Assembly (NCBI GenBank): GCA_024704765.1 | Contig: JAKMXF010000244.1 | Location: forward strand, 177,905-241,904 | Length of the DNA: 64,000 nt | Direction of reading: 5' to 3' | Source of the DNA: Oopsacas minuta | Taxonomy: Eukaryota; Animalia; Porifera | In this document: positions 24,056-36,989 of the stretch, piece after piece | How the letters are laid out: each line of letters starts with the position of its first letter | Position numbering within the stretch: position 1 is the first letter of the stretch | Made by a program: the position numbers and the translations under genes | Notes under the pieces: model-generated | What the model was told of the DNA's origin: nothing | Seen by the model: the letters and a program-made list of their open reading frames with translations, nothing else | The model's database searches: none

Positions 24056-25391
24056 CTAGGGCGTTCAATAAGTCTTGCGAGTGATATCATAGAATATGAT
24101 ACAAACACTATACACACTAATTCACTATAATATTTATTCAAAGTAACCCCCTCCTGCAGATACACAAAGTTTTAACCTTTCCACCCACTTGTGAAACACA
24201 TTTCTGGACTCTTCTTCGGGGATGGATTTGAAGTACTCGTACAGGCACGTTCCGAGTGCTTATAATGTGTTAAAATCTTTGCATTGAAGGTAGATTTTAA
24301 GCTTGAGGAATAGCCAAAAATCATACGGAGCTAGGTCTTGGTGAGCATAGTGGATGGGGAAGTAATTCTAACCCTTCTACATCCAAGAAATCCTTGGTAA
24401 GCTTAGCTGTATGGGAACTGGCGTTATCATTTACAATCTTCATTCCTCGAGTACCGGTTTTCGGGCGGTACTTTCCTATATTTTTTATCAAACTTGGGAG
24501 CACTTGCTCTGTAAAGAAATTAGCAGTAACAGCCTTGCCACTCTCACAAGGTAATTGCAAGACAATTCCATGACTACTGAAGAAGATGGTATATATAATC
24601 TTAGGTTTTCTGAAGTCGGGCCTAGGAATTTTCCCCGGTTGTTCGTCGCCCCTCACCCATGATCGCTTCTTTTACTTGCTATATGGTGTTGCATAGTACA
24701 CCCATGTCTCGTCACCAGTAATAATCTCTGTTAGCCGTCTAGAATCGCAGTTCTCATAAGTTTCCAAGAGTTTCTTGGCAATATTCAGTCGTGCCAACCT
24801 TTGATTCTCACTGAGCTTATGCGGGACCCATTTCCCACAAACCGATCGGTAGCCAAGCTCAGTCGTCAGAATTGTATGAATAGCTCCCGATGAAATCTTT
24901 ATACTTTGTTCTAACTGGTTGACAGTAATGCACTTGTCTTCCATGACCATACTTTCAATGAGTGCGATATTTTCTGAAGTGGTGGCGGATACCGGTCTTC
25001 CAGATAGAGGCAAATCTGGGACATCAGCATCACCAGATCTAAAACTGGCAGCCCATCGCTCTACAGTAGATCTGTAAGGGCAATCGACGCACAATATCTC
25101 CTGTAACTCGCTAAAGATCTGGACGGGTTGGATCTTGAGTATTGTGCGAAAATCTATGTAAGCTCGCCATTTGAGGTTGAAATTATCATCCTTTGAAGCC
25201 ATAAATTCAACAGTGGGTATAAATCGACTACACGTAACTATCTCAAAAATTCATAATTTGTATTGAATAAGCTTGAAACTTTCAGTATATGGAGTTTAAC
25301 TATATGGGCTTATAATATATGAAAGTTAGACATATTACTTGACTAATTCCTAAGATACATCATGACCCGCAAGACTTATTGAACGCCCTGA
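24056..25391 (-). mobile_element. mariner DD34D element (1,336 bp), frameshifted transposase from 25202
   Basis: TIR core AGGGCGTTCAATAAGTCTTGCG at both ends with TA flanks. Motifs GKWVPHKL, ITGDETWVY, NDNASSH and SP(D)LAPYDF, with 34-residue spacing after frame correction. Confidence 0.92.
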
Positions 25392-27419
25392 TATCACGAG
25401 TACAAGTTAAACTTCTGATTGGCTATATATTTATTTACGCATAAACAATTTAAGCCGAATTATTTTCTCTCTTCAAATTATTTAATATTTACAATGTATA
25501 TTTAAATTACAAATTAAACGATTATCCTCGCAATTTCCTTGGATACCTGGTTTATAAATGATATTCTCTTGAATTCGAGGTTGCTTACATTCCATGCAAA
25601 CTTCTCAAGGTATTTCAGCTAAATATTCAAAACATACAAATATAATTTTAGCCTAAGGATCTCTAGTTAAACCTATTACAAAACGGAAATGGCCTTGTTC
25701 CATCATAAAACATCACATGATTTAGATTTAACAAATACAAAATGAAGATATGACTGAATTATTATATGCTTATAACCAAGAATAAAACCAATGATTTTAT
25801 CTAAATATTCAGTATATATTTATCCTATACAAATCGCTGGGAAATGAGAGAAAATTCACATGTTTACAGAGATATCTTCAAAATTACTATTAATTAGTGG
25901 GGGGCATTATTGATGATTGCGTTGTGATAAAATGAAGCGTTTCGAATTGTTAGTCATGTTGCATTGGCCTTTTACATTGCCTGTTTAAATTATTTTAGGC
26001 TGGGAATTCACACAGGTCATGCAATTTTCCTGGGTAAACCCTACTACTCCATGGAGAAATGAATTAATGGGTTGGATTATCACTCAATTATCGAATAATA
26101 TAACTTTCAAGTAGTTTGATAGACTAAAGAACCCTGGTTCCACATGGTAAGGGTGAATCTTGTCAATCCTCATTTTGTTGAAATGGAAGCTGAAATATAT
26201 CCTCTTGCTTCGTGGAATAATGATAATCATATAGTATATGACAAAAACGAAATTAATTATGAGCAACTATTTGGTGAATTTTATCTCGAGCTAGCAGAAT
26301 GTAGTAGTATATATTATACAGATGAACGGGGGAAAGATATATTCAGGAGAAATTGAACAAATATTATTGTAGAAATTCTTTGAGATAAGTAAGTCTTGTG
26401 CTCTTAAATTTAAACTTTATTGGAGTAAAAATCGAAAGTCGTAAAGCTAATCTTGCTGCTTTCAAGCTTCAGCAGTTTGCAAGTGCACGAATTGTCATAT
26501 TATGTATTCCACAATTGAGGATGACAGAAGGCAACATAATTATGAAGAAAATATTCCTGTATAATCTAGGTGTGATGGAGAACTATCACCAGAACATTCC
26601 GAAAATCAATCAGTGCATGTTCGTCATCTATCTAGCGATAAAACCAATATTTTTAATGAGCAATCTAATACGGTCGATGAAGTTGTAGGGCTGGAAAGAG
26701 GCAATTAACTCATATTGAATCACAAAACTGTGTGTAACTGATTAAATCAGAATTCAAATCAAATTCTAGATTTAAAGTATTTCCGTATGTTACTGTTAAA
26801 GTTTAATCCCAGGGTATAGTATACAATATCTTGCACAAGATTCAATATCAACTCCTATGCACTCAAACTCAGATCGATTACTAAAATTATTCAAAAAGCA
26901 AAGAATAGATCTAAATTTGAATGCGATTGGATCTTTGATTAGTAAACTACCTTTTAGAAACAAAATATATTACTATCGGTAACATTACGGCAGCCTGAAT
27001 ACCATAATAGTCATTTCCCGCAGCAGAAATGTTAAGTAGTAGCCATGGAACAGTTGAAATAACCCATTGTTACATAAATAGGCATAAACAGTAAATGAAT
27101 TTTGAATAGAGAAATAATGATCGATCAGATCGAAATAGACTTAGTGACGCGATGATACACAGTGCATGTATTTCGTTAAATACAATAAATGTAGCTAATT
27201 ATCTTGACAAATGTTGTGAGGTAGTTAATAATAAGTCAGTAATTAATATAATTAATAGAGTTTCACATCTCTGTTCAGCACATATCGTGTTAGTTACAAT
27301 CGTGTAGGAAATTGAAAATTGAAAATAATGAATATAATAATCTAAATGGTAGCATAGTCTAGGGTCAAGATTTGCACTCAATCAATTATGTTTGTGGTTC
27401 GCTGTGTATAATATATATA

Positions 27420-28650
27420 TAGTGAAACTATCTTGCCAGAATTTCGAAAACGTCTGGCAAATTTAGAGTTAATAATTAAGCGAGAAACCGAGATAATGAT
27501 TGATTCTTCATCAACAGCGAAACTTATAGATAGACTTTTAGCAGAGCTACAAGAAATTCACCGCCACCATTAAATCAAGCTATGTAACTAAAGAAATATA
27601 AATATATGCCATCACCCTGATGTTTTTGATTATTTAATGACATATTAAACACCGTTTCTACCTTTTAGAACTGGAGTTATTCATACGAGGTATACTCCCC
27701 TTATTGATGATAGGTTAGCCGTTCTCAGCTGTAAATTTGCTTTTAGGCCTTAGCTCACAGAGTATTAAAGTATAAAAAGAGGCCACTCGAATCAATTAAT
27801 GAAGAGCGTAAAGAGAGTGGGGAAAGAATAAAAGAGTAAATAAAGGATATATCCGACCCGTTTCCAAAAATAAAGATTGCGAATTTGATATTGTTAATTA
27901 ACAGGCAATTTGATTCAGCTTCTTCAGGGAAAATAAGAAAGAGAAAATATATAAATTCGAAAAATAGAATTGATCAATCTTTAAAACTCAAAAATCATCC
28001 ACGATGATGATGTGGAAATAATTACTGACCCGGAAATAATAGCGGTAGGCAATATTGACTGTATATTATCACCATTTAGACCTTTGTGGCAAGTAGATAA
28101 ATCTATTATGTGCAAAGAATTTAATTTCAAAATATTATACCAAGATGGTATGAGTAAAAACTTTCGCAATATTTGTATAATATATCTAAACGCGAGTTAG
28201 TTCCTACCTCTATTTTATCAAGTTGCGATGGATGGTAACTGTTTCATCTCTTACACTGGTGGTATTGCTCAAATTCATGAGATGAGAATGATAATATCTA
28301 ATAATATGATGGGAAAATTTGTCCCAGTATGTGATTAATACCTCGAGAATAAGTTCCCTAAATCAGTGATAAATTATCGTAATACAAAAAGATATATCTC
28401 CAAACTAGTAGACAACGGGATGAAGCATGAGGTTCAGATTTTTAACTTTTGCTGTGTAACTAATATTCAGTACAGATATTTGGGTGTTCACGAGTGATAT
28501 AGGAAATAAATGGATAGTAATTTCTGGAAAGGGTACATGTTTGGGAAAGGTCATGATTTTACCACCTGCTAATGTTAACGGATCGATGTATTTAAGAAAT
28601 AAGGGAAACAATAATAAGCCAACATTAGAATTAAGCATTTCAAAATCTGT
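27420..28650 (+). pseudogene. Decayed OTU-like cysteine protease domain, probably transposon-borne
   Basis: Across frames: VAMDGNCF..SYTG..Q.HEMRMII...RYISKL.DNG...EVQI...TDIWVFTSDIGNKW...SMYLRN. This fits the OTU pattern GDGNC.F..(S)Y...H..LR......Y...M...G.W...EI. Stops and frameshifts are present. Confidence 0.6.
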
Positions 28651-30419
28651 ATGATTTACTACCTGATAGTAATAATATATGATTCAGACATCGGGAAGTA
28701 GCGTAAATTTTAAATAGTTCTGTTTTCATTTGAATCTTCCGCCAAAGTGATAGTCACCCTGAGATGATGGTAACATAACATAATCTTTAGGTAAGATGTG
28801 TGCAAAGCGAGGTGAAATTTAAGGTTTGGAATTTGAGTGAAATGATTCACTATATTGGCATCAATTTACAATTCTAAAATGATTACTATCATGTAAATTA
28901 CTATTAGTGGGGGGCATATATCTCTGCTATTCCCCCCCTCTGGTGCCACCACTGGATACCCGTCTTACTTGTCACGCTAGGTCAGTTTTTGCCTATCCTT
29001 TTCAAGTCAGGGCCCAAATGAGTACTATTCTTAGATCCATTACTGTTCCTAGTCAGTTGCGCTATAAATAATCATAAAATTAAGGAAGAGCAATTTGCCA
29101 CAGATGAAAATCCGTGCCAATCAATGACGAACTTAGGAATTGTTTGTGGGAGAGATTAACTCAGGTGGGGTTTGGAGGCACAGTAAACACATAAATGGGA
29201 TCCAGAGGCGAAGCGACTGGACAACAATCCTTATATGCAATCAAATTAACTGCATTTCTAAACTCGAATCCTTGAATATTTTTCAAAATTTCGTAATACA
29301 TATTTGTTTTGGAAACTATTAACTAAAATGTATTTTTTATCTAGGAAATCGTGACATGTCGGGTAAAGCACTAAATTCGTTAAAAGTTGGGATAAGATGT
29401 GATTGAACTAGTTATGGGAGCCAATACATAGGATGTCAGGGGTGTGATGTACACACACTTTTCTCATTGACACACTGTTAAGATGTTAACAGCATATAAC
29501 CCGTCCTATACTAATCGAAACGAGTTTTAGTGCAGACATTCGTAATCACCTAAAGATTTCACATAGTTAAAGTAGTCAATCGAATATGTTCGGCTATTTC
29601 TTTACTTAGCAATGCAGGAATATCTTAGTATTATGACAAAATTGCATTCACAAATTTTGTCCTAACTCTATCGAGTGAACCCATGTTCGACGTCAGTAAG
29701 ATACACATCTGTTGAGTCTATTTATGAACATATGGAACCTCCAAATGATCCTTCAATACGATTTTAATAGATCGAACTACACGGTCCATCTATTCTCTTA
29801 ATATTTCTTGAATAATTGCAGGCTTCTCATAAGGTTCTGCATACCCAGGTAACGTTAGGTAAAGTGAGAAATATTTCATTCATGTCAGGGCGATTTCATG
29901 ATGTATACAATATGTGGGTTTTGTTGTTTGACTATTATCGGTAGAAAAGGTTTGATAGCCGTAAGAATAACAACCCATTCTTTAGAGCTAGAGAAGAGTG
30001 TAAATTCCCTAATTGTAGATTATATGTATTATATGTTGAGGACGAGAGGTATCTACATAGTCATATAGTTGTTAAGTTATACTCTGAAGGATCTCTTTCA
30101 ACTTATCATACAGATGGTAGGAGTACTTATAGTCGTAATTTATCTTGTAGGGAGCGAAGAATTATGGGTGGATTGTTAGATAATTATTCTGTGAGCTAAA
30201 TATTAAATAAGCAATTCAATGATTCTGACAAAACAGGCGGACATTGTTATGGCATATTTTATAATCTTCAAATTTCTATAAGAAATGAAATCCGCTAGTA
30301 GGGATTCTATTTCTTACTTATAAAATGTAGGATCGACTCAGTATTACTTCGTCATCTACTCCATGATTACACTCTTCCAGGGAATGTATAGTACTTTGTG
30401 CAAGATGCATTTGATATAC

Positions 30420-31050
30420 ATATGCATAGTTTAAACAAACAGAACTCTTAAAATTATTGACTGGAAATGATGTAGTATTAAATTTATATGCAACTGGGTC
30501 CCAAATTAGTAAACCGCTACATGCTTTAACAATCCAGCAACCTGAGTATTCTACCAGTCCAATATCAGTAGCAGTTATGATCAGTAGTGATCAAGATACA
30601 GCTGAAATTTCACCTTTACCGAATAAATGGTGTTTTAATTCAAATTAACAATCATTGAGACATAAAAAAGATAGAAATGGATTACATCTGAGCAATGATA
30701 CATAGTTCTTGTTTAAGATATAAAGATTTTTGTTGGAGGTTTTTCTAATAGTAAATCTAATTGGTACTACTGTTTTACAACTATGTACAGCTCACGTAAT
30801 CCACAGGATCAGTTACAATGTAGACAAAAAGTTAAATGGACAAAAGGATTGAGAAAATACTTCTGCATACTTTATGTTTTGATAAACGATCAATTGATTA
30901 TGATAATAGATTTTCCGAATCAACATTGTGTGTTAAGGGTGAGATAGAAATAATTAATGAAATACCTGAAGAATTTATGAGAATACTAAATCTAATAACA
31001 AGATTATTGAGAATAACCTTTATATTGGAGTTAGTACTTCTCAAGTAAAA
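30420..31050 (+). mobile_element. Mutator-like (MULE) transposase remnant
   Basis: LLKLLTGNDVVLNLYATGS.ISKP..ALTIQ...SPISVAVMISSD..TAEIS...KW followed by TVLQLCTAHVIHRI resemble the MULE core (L.LDATGS...; P.PVAEMIS; LCxxH). Degenerate. Confidence 0.55.
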
Positions 31051-32205
31051 GAAAATAATGTATGCTACTATCCTGGAATAATTGGTTCCCTATTGACATA
31101 TTATATGACATTACTCTTCTGGAGTGAACTAATTTTATGTAAATCAATACATCAGGTATTCGGGATTCTAACACTAGCGCACACATATATATTTCTGAAA
31201 CAATTTGCTTTTATGTCTTTTGCAAACAACGTATTTGAATACTAAATATACTTCAACTAGAAATTGAAGAAAATTGCAAGGAGGAATGGTCTAAAAGAAA
31301 AAGACCAAATTAAGCCATATTAAACATTACGATTTAAATATTTCAAAGGAATTTATTATATTTACAACACACCACTATTAGGTAATAGTCGAAAGAAAGA
31401 TATGATGGGACTAAACAAACATGATAATTTGACTTCCTAAAGTAAATATGTGATAGTCTTATAAGTTAGTAATATCACAATACAGTTGTATTAAGAAAGG
31501 CAATTGAAAGTTGAAAAAACAAAAATATATCAATCAAAAGTGTATGAATATGTACTAACGACCCTGGTTTGATACGTCTAAAATGACGAAGTATTACGTA
31601 TAATACCATTGCATTAAATCCGTTCGAAAAAGTGGAGGATGATGTATTGTACTATAATTATCAATAAAGGCATAAATTCAAGATTAAGTAATTGTGGTGT
31701 CAGAAGTACACAAGGCTATCTACAACTATTTGAAAAGACTTGAAAAGAAGTCAATTATTTTGAAAATATAAAATGATATAAATTACAAATATATTAAATA
31801 TTATAGTTCTACTACAAATACTCCAATTATAGAATTCCATTGACATATATATGATAAAGATTTGCTTAATAAGTACTCGAAATATACTCCTTTAGAGTAT
31901 CCTCTGACCCAAATGGGGGGTAGGAAATCCACCACAAAAAGTAGGGGATATATGTATGCTGCATCACTCCACCTAAAAGGTGGGGCTATATCTCCCATCC
32001 CCCCGGGATTTACGCTCATATATAATACGTAGTATACAATAAGTACTATACATACAATCTACCATTCTTGGTAACGTAACGTATATTCGGCTGATTTCTG
32101 CCATAGATATTTTTCCATCAAATCAGTAGTCCTTGAAATGCTCATGAGAAATCTTGTATATAAATTGATAATAATGTGATATATACAAAACGAAAATGTC
32201 TAAAT

Positions 32206-34521
32206 CAGTGTTTCTCAAACTTTTTTCGGACAGCGCTCTTTGCTAACAATATTCCCTCGATACCGTCCCCCCCTCCAAAAAGTATAAAAATTTTCTACAC
32301 TCGTATTTGTTTAATGATAATAAGTAGTACTTATGAATTAATGAGATGGGTGTAATTGATGTGATGATCGTCGATAATCCCATTTGCATCTGGTTTCATA
32401 TCAGTTTGCAGCAATCTCAAATCTCCGCATTGAAAAATATCTAGTTTGTTTCTTTGCTTCGTTAGTAATTGAACAACTGCAGTAAAACCTCTATCAACGA
32501 GATATGATGTTGGAAACGCCCAAACTAGCAGTTTTGCTACTTTCCACAAATAGGGAAATTTATTTCGTCCTGCGATTGCAATCGAAAATCGTTCATACCC
32601 CATCATTGCAAAAGGAGCATCCTCCTCGCAACCACTTTGCAAGTCCATCAGCTCTTCCTGCAAATAGGGTGGAACTGTTAGGACATCCACACAGAAAGGG
32701 TCAAACAGCCAATGGGGCGGTTCAAGTTCCAACAAGTCAGTGAATCGCTGGATCATATCTGCTCTCAGTACTTCAAGATGTTCACAATATGCTAGCAAGT
32801 CGTCATCTGAAATTGGGTTCCTGCTAGGTGAGGAAACTGGTAAAATTCTCGTCGACCGATATTTCGTTTAAATAACGTTAGTTTCCCTATGAAGGAGCTG
32901 ACAACAGTTTTGCACTTGACCAGAGTGATTAAATTGCCTTGTAATTGCAAGTTTATTGCGTTAAACTTATCAAAAATGTCAGTCAAGTAAGCTACATCTG
33001 ATTTCGCAGCAATGACAAGCTGCATTAACTGCGGGTTCTCTTCCTCTAAAAATTCTAAAATAGTGTCGAAAAGACTGTAGAACCGACTGAGACACTTTCC
33101 TTTGGAGAGCCACCTCACTTCTGCGTGCAAAAGCAGACGTTCAAATTCTGTTTCGTTATGGTGACATATTCGGCGAAATATTCCCTCCTTGAGTGCGGAA
33201 GCTTTGATTATTTTAATAACAGTAATGACGATATGCAATGAGTTTTGCAAGCGATCACTTAGATGTTTTGCTACCAAATGTTCTCGATGGACGACGTAGT
33301 GAATAGCGAAACCTCAGGCACAGCCTTCTTCAAGTATGAAATGAAACCACGATGCCTACCAACCATAGGTGGCGCCCCACCTATTGCCCAAGCGATGATA
33401 TTATTCATGAGAATATCCTTTTCCTGAAAGAAATTTTCCACGACTTTGAGATAGATTCACCTTTTGTTTCAGTTACTAGTGGACTAGCAAACAACATTTC
33501 TTCAACTATTATTCCTTCTAGAATATATCGGACATATGCAAGGAGCAGTGCTTCGTTACCTGGCAATGGGGATTCGTCAATTTGAAGAGAAAATTCCGCT
33601 GTTTTAAGTATACTGTATAGGGTTTTCTCAACATCACTAGCCATTAAATTTATTCTCCTAGGTACAGTATCATTGCTTAACGGAATGGACTTAATCACAC
33701 TTCGCCCATCTGAATGCATAACAGTCGTAACTGCTTCCTGGATTGCAGGTAAAATGAATTTTTAACCAATTGTATGTGGCTTACCAGATTTGCAATTAGC
33801 AACGAAATGTTATAGGAGGCAACCAAACCATCAATGTTTTGTCTATCTATTTACCCAAAGATTCCACCCATTGCTTTGCGACTGCTCTCAATTTAATGAA
33901 GAGTTGCACATCTTTCTCTACCTTATGACTGTGGCGCCATTTCAGATGATCAATCATTCTTGATGACTTCAATCCCTCATTAGAAAAAACTTGCTTGCAC
34001 AACAAACACATTGGGAGTTGTTCATTGGAAGGAGAATTAACAGATCCGTATTTGATATAATCAGCACAATACTGCCTACACTTCTTTTTACCATTCATTT
34101 CTTCGATCGATTATATCATTTCCTTTCGATTTAGATTTATACGTATGTATTTACGTATATTGAAATTAAACAGACTACTAACAATTACGAAGTTCACATT
34201 TGTTTGAAGAACAGTGATAAGTATATTTCGAATAGGAAAGCCATAGACATTATAACTAAAGAATTCTTCATTCATTTTTAAGGATTAGCTGTTGTTAATA
34301 ATCTCCAAGAGCATTATCACTGCAAATGGCTTTGATCACTGAAGTATTTGTTAGCACCTATTGTTAATGAATAATGAGGAATAAGATAACACTGTTTCGA
34401 CGTGAGGTCGTATCTCTGTTTCGCTTTCTATAACCCATAGCGCCCCCTTGCTGCGTAGCTGCCCCCCTACAAACCTTCAGCGTCCCCCAGAGGGCTCTAC
34501 GGCCCACTTTGAGAAACACTG
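32206..34521 (-). mobile_element. hAT Buster-family (ZBED5/SPIN-like) element, 2,316 bp, frameshifted transposase about 34098-32331
   Basis: TIR CAGTGTTTCTCAAA at both ends and a perfect 8-bp TSD GTCTAAAT with central TA. Motifs RQYCADYIKYG, PMCLLC..VFSNE, PLSNDTVPRRI, FSLQIDES, HAEVRWLSKG and FPTSYLVDRGFTAV. Confidence 0.95.
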
Positions 34522-35299
34522 GTCTAAATTACTATTTCTAGAGTATTCTAGATGAATGATACGTTCGAATAAATCACGTATAACGTATTATACCATATAC
34601 GCGTATTCTACAAGTTATGTTTTTTTCGAGGTAAATGATTCATAGATTACAAAGGAAGGTTCATGTAAACTTTGAGACTATTCTTTGAACAAATAATATC
34701 CATATCAAGTTCATAGTTAGAGCTTGTAATTCACAAATATGAGAAATTTTCGATTTTTACAAGATGGATTTGGGTGATAATTTTCCCTATTGTGGATAAA
34801 ATTGATATAGTTGTAACGTTTACATCTCATCTATCGATTAGAATCAAAATAATTGAGATTCAGCTAGATTTAGGGTAAAAAATGAGTGTAAACTAACTCT
34901 ACTCTATGTAGTACCTCTTAAAGAACTCTACCTACAAAATTTCGAATTGCGATAACTACGCGAGGTTTGAATATTTTTTAATGAAATGTAATTTAATGTG
35001 TAGATTAATTCTATCGACCACAACTCCAAAATCCAAGTTCTCATAAATATTTTTCAAGTTCTTGTCTTTTAATCTTGTCAGTTTTGACTACTTTTACAAT
35101 TAAGGATTCAAAATCGTCCAAAATGAGCAAGTGACCTATTGAAAGACTAGAATAGAAACAGTCACAACGATCCTTTGAGGTTAGTGGGGATCGAATCATT
35201 GCCTATTCCACTGCCAAGAAGGTGAGATTAGCTATTACGATAGGGGAGGGAAACAATTAAAGGTGAGCCTGGGCCACATTAGCCTATATCTACTACAAG

Positions 35300-36070
35300 G
35301 TGAAGTCTCAGTCGAGTGAGTTAGTGAATTCCTCCGCAACCATGTCTGTTGCTCTATTGATGAGATTAGTATATATACTGGTCTCAACGGGGAAGCATTG
35401 ATCGTATATTGAAGGAAGATCTCGGAGTTATAAAGTCTGTGCTCGATGTGTGCATGTATCGATTTTAGAGTCCCAAAAGAAACAACATGTAGAAAGTTGT
35501 AAAAAACTGCTTCTACAATATGTAAATGTGATGTACGTAGACTTTACGAGATAATGACAATAGATAAGACTTGGGTTTACTATTCTCAGCCCAAGCCTAA
35601 GCAGAAATCTAAGTGCTGGCTCCATCTGATGGGCCATCACCTAAAAAGCTCCTTCCAAATTTCCCTCCAAAGGGAAAGTATGTCATTGGAAACTTTTACT
35701 GTACTCAAGTACTGACAGAATTTCAAAATCACTACTTAGAGCGTAGCCAGAAAAGTGGACCACGTGGATCCAGCTTTGCATGATAATGCAAGAAACGACT
35801 AGAATAAGCATGTTGACCCATTTATACGCGATTTGAAGTTGCAAACTCTTGATCACCTCCCTAACCCAAGATCTAAGTCGTCATGACTTTGACTGTTTTC
35901 AAAGCTGAAAAGCCATCTTTCTAGCAAAGAGTTTACAAGTCGTATGGAAATCGGGCTCACGATGCGCTAGTACCGAAAGTCCATCCAATTACAGGGTACA
36001 AAACATAATTCACTGGTGTATAGATCAATAAAAGAGTGTATTCGTGTCAAAGAGAACTATTTCGAAATTG
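35300..36070 (+). mobile_element. Heavily decayed mariner transposase remnant
   Basis: Fragments GSIDRILKEDLGV.K(V)CAR.V, RLYEIMTIDKTWVYYSQPK, LHDNAR and HLPNPRSKSS*L (PDL.P.DF region). No intact TIRs seen. Confidence 0.7.
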
Positions 36071-36989
36071 TCGAACAGGTAATAACCGGGAGGGGATAAA
36101 TCGCCAAATCCAGGAAAAATCTAGAATAAAAGGAAATCTTGGTCGATCACTATTTGTACTACATACAAATATTGGGCTACTTACCATCTTTATACAACCT
36201 TCTGCTGCTGTATTAGAAGAACACAGTCAAAGAAAATATTACTTATTGGACTACATGAATCTCATCTCTTGAATAATCAAAGAGAGTCTCTACATTCAGT
36301 AGTACAGCCTTCAGTTTCAAATATACTGGCACCGGTGGTTGATAGTGGCTTATAGCATCCTAGAGACAGGAGTCCTAAGCAGTGGTGTCCTGCTGTGGGA
36401 GCGGGTGGGAGCGCCTCTCCCATCCTTTTTTTTTATCAAATCAAAATGGGGAGTCACAATTACTTCACAAGTTAGAGAATTTGTGTACCTGATATCTACA
36501 GTAGCATACAATCAATATTTGAAATAAATTAAAATTTGTTCCAAATATAATTAAGTCGAGTTGAGAGAACAAATGTTTAGTTTATAGTGCCGTGAATATA
36601 TTGTACTTGTTTTGAAGAACAATGGGAAGTTTTACATCAACTATCTATTATTTTATCTGAATCTAACGTTAATCGTAACAAAATATCTATTAAAATGATT
36701 CTTTTAAGTAATAATTATATTATAAGCAATGTGTTCTGGAATTTAGGATATATAAAATGATGAAATATAATATTCTGAGCCCCATAAACAAGAAGAAATT
36801 TGGAAGTATTATTGGTTAAATAATTTTGGGTACTAAATCACTTGTTAGCATTCTATTTTCAGATTTACTACCAAACTTTTGATATTATTCATACTTATCT
36901 TATTAATTCAATTACCGGTATATTGTTTGAATTTTGCATTAGAAATTAAGATATATTCAATTGAATTTGAAATTTGAAATACCGCTCCC

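Noticed and set aside
35184-35200. GTGGGGATCGAATC, resembling the reverse complement of a tRNA T-arm/B-box
   Set aside because: No cloverleaf, A-box or acceptor stem can be built around it.
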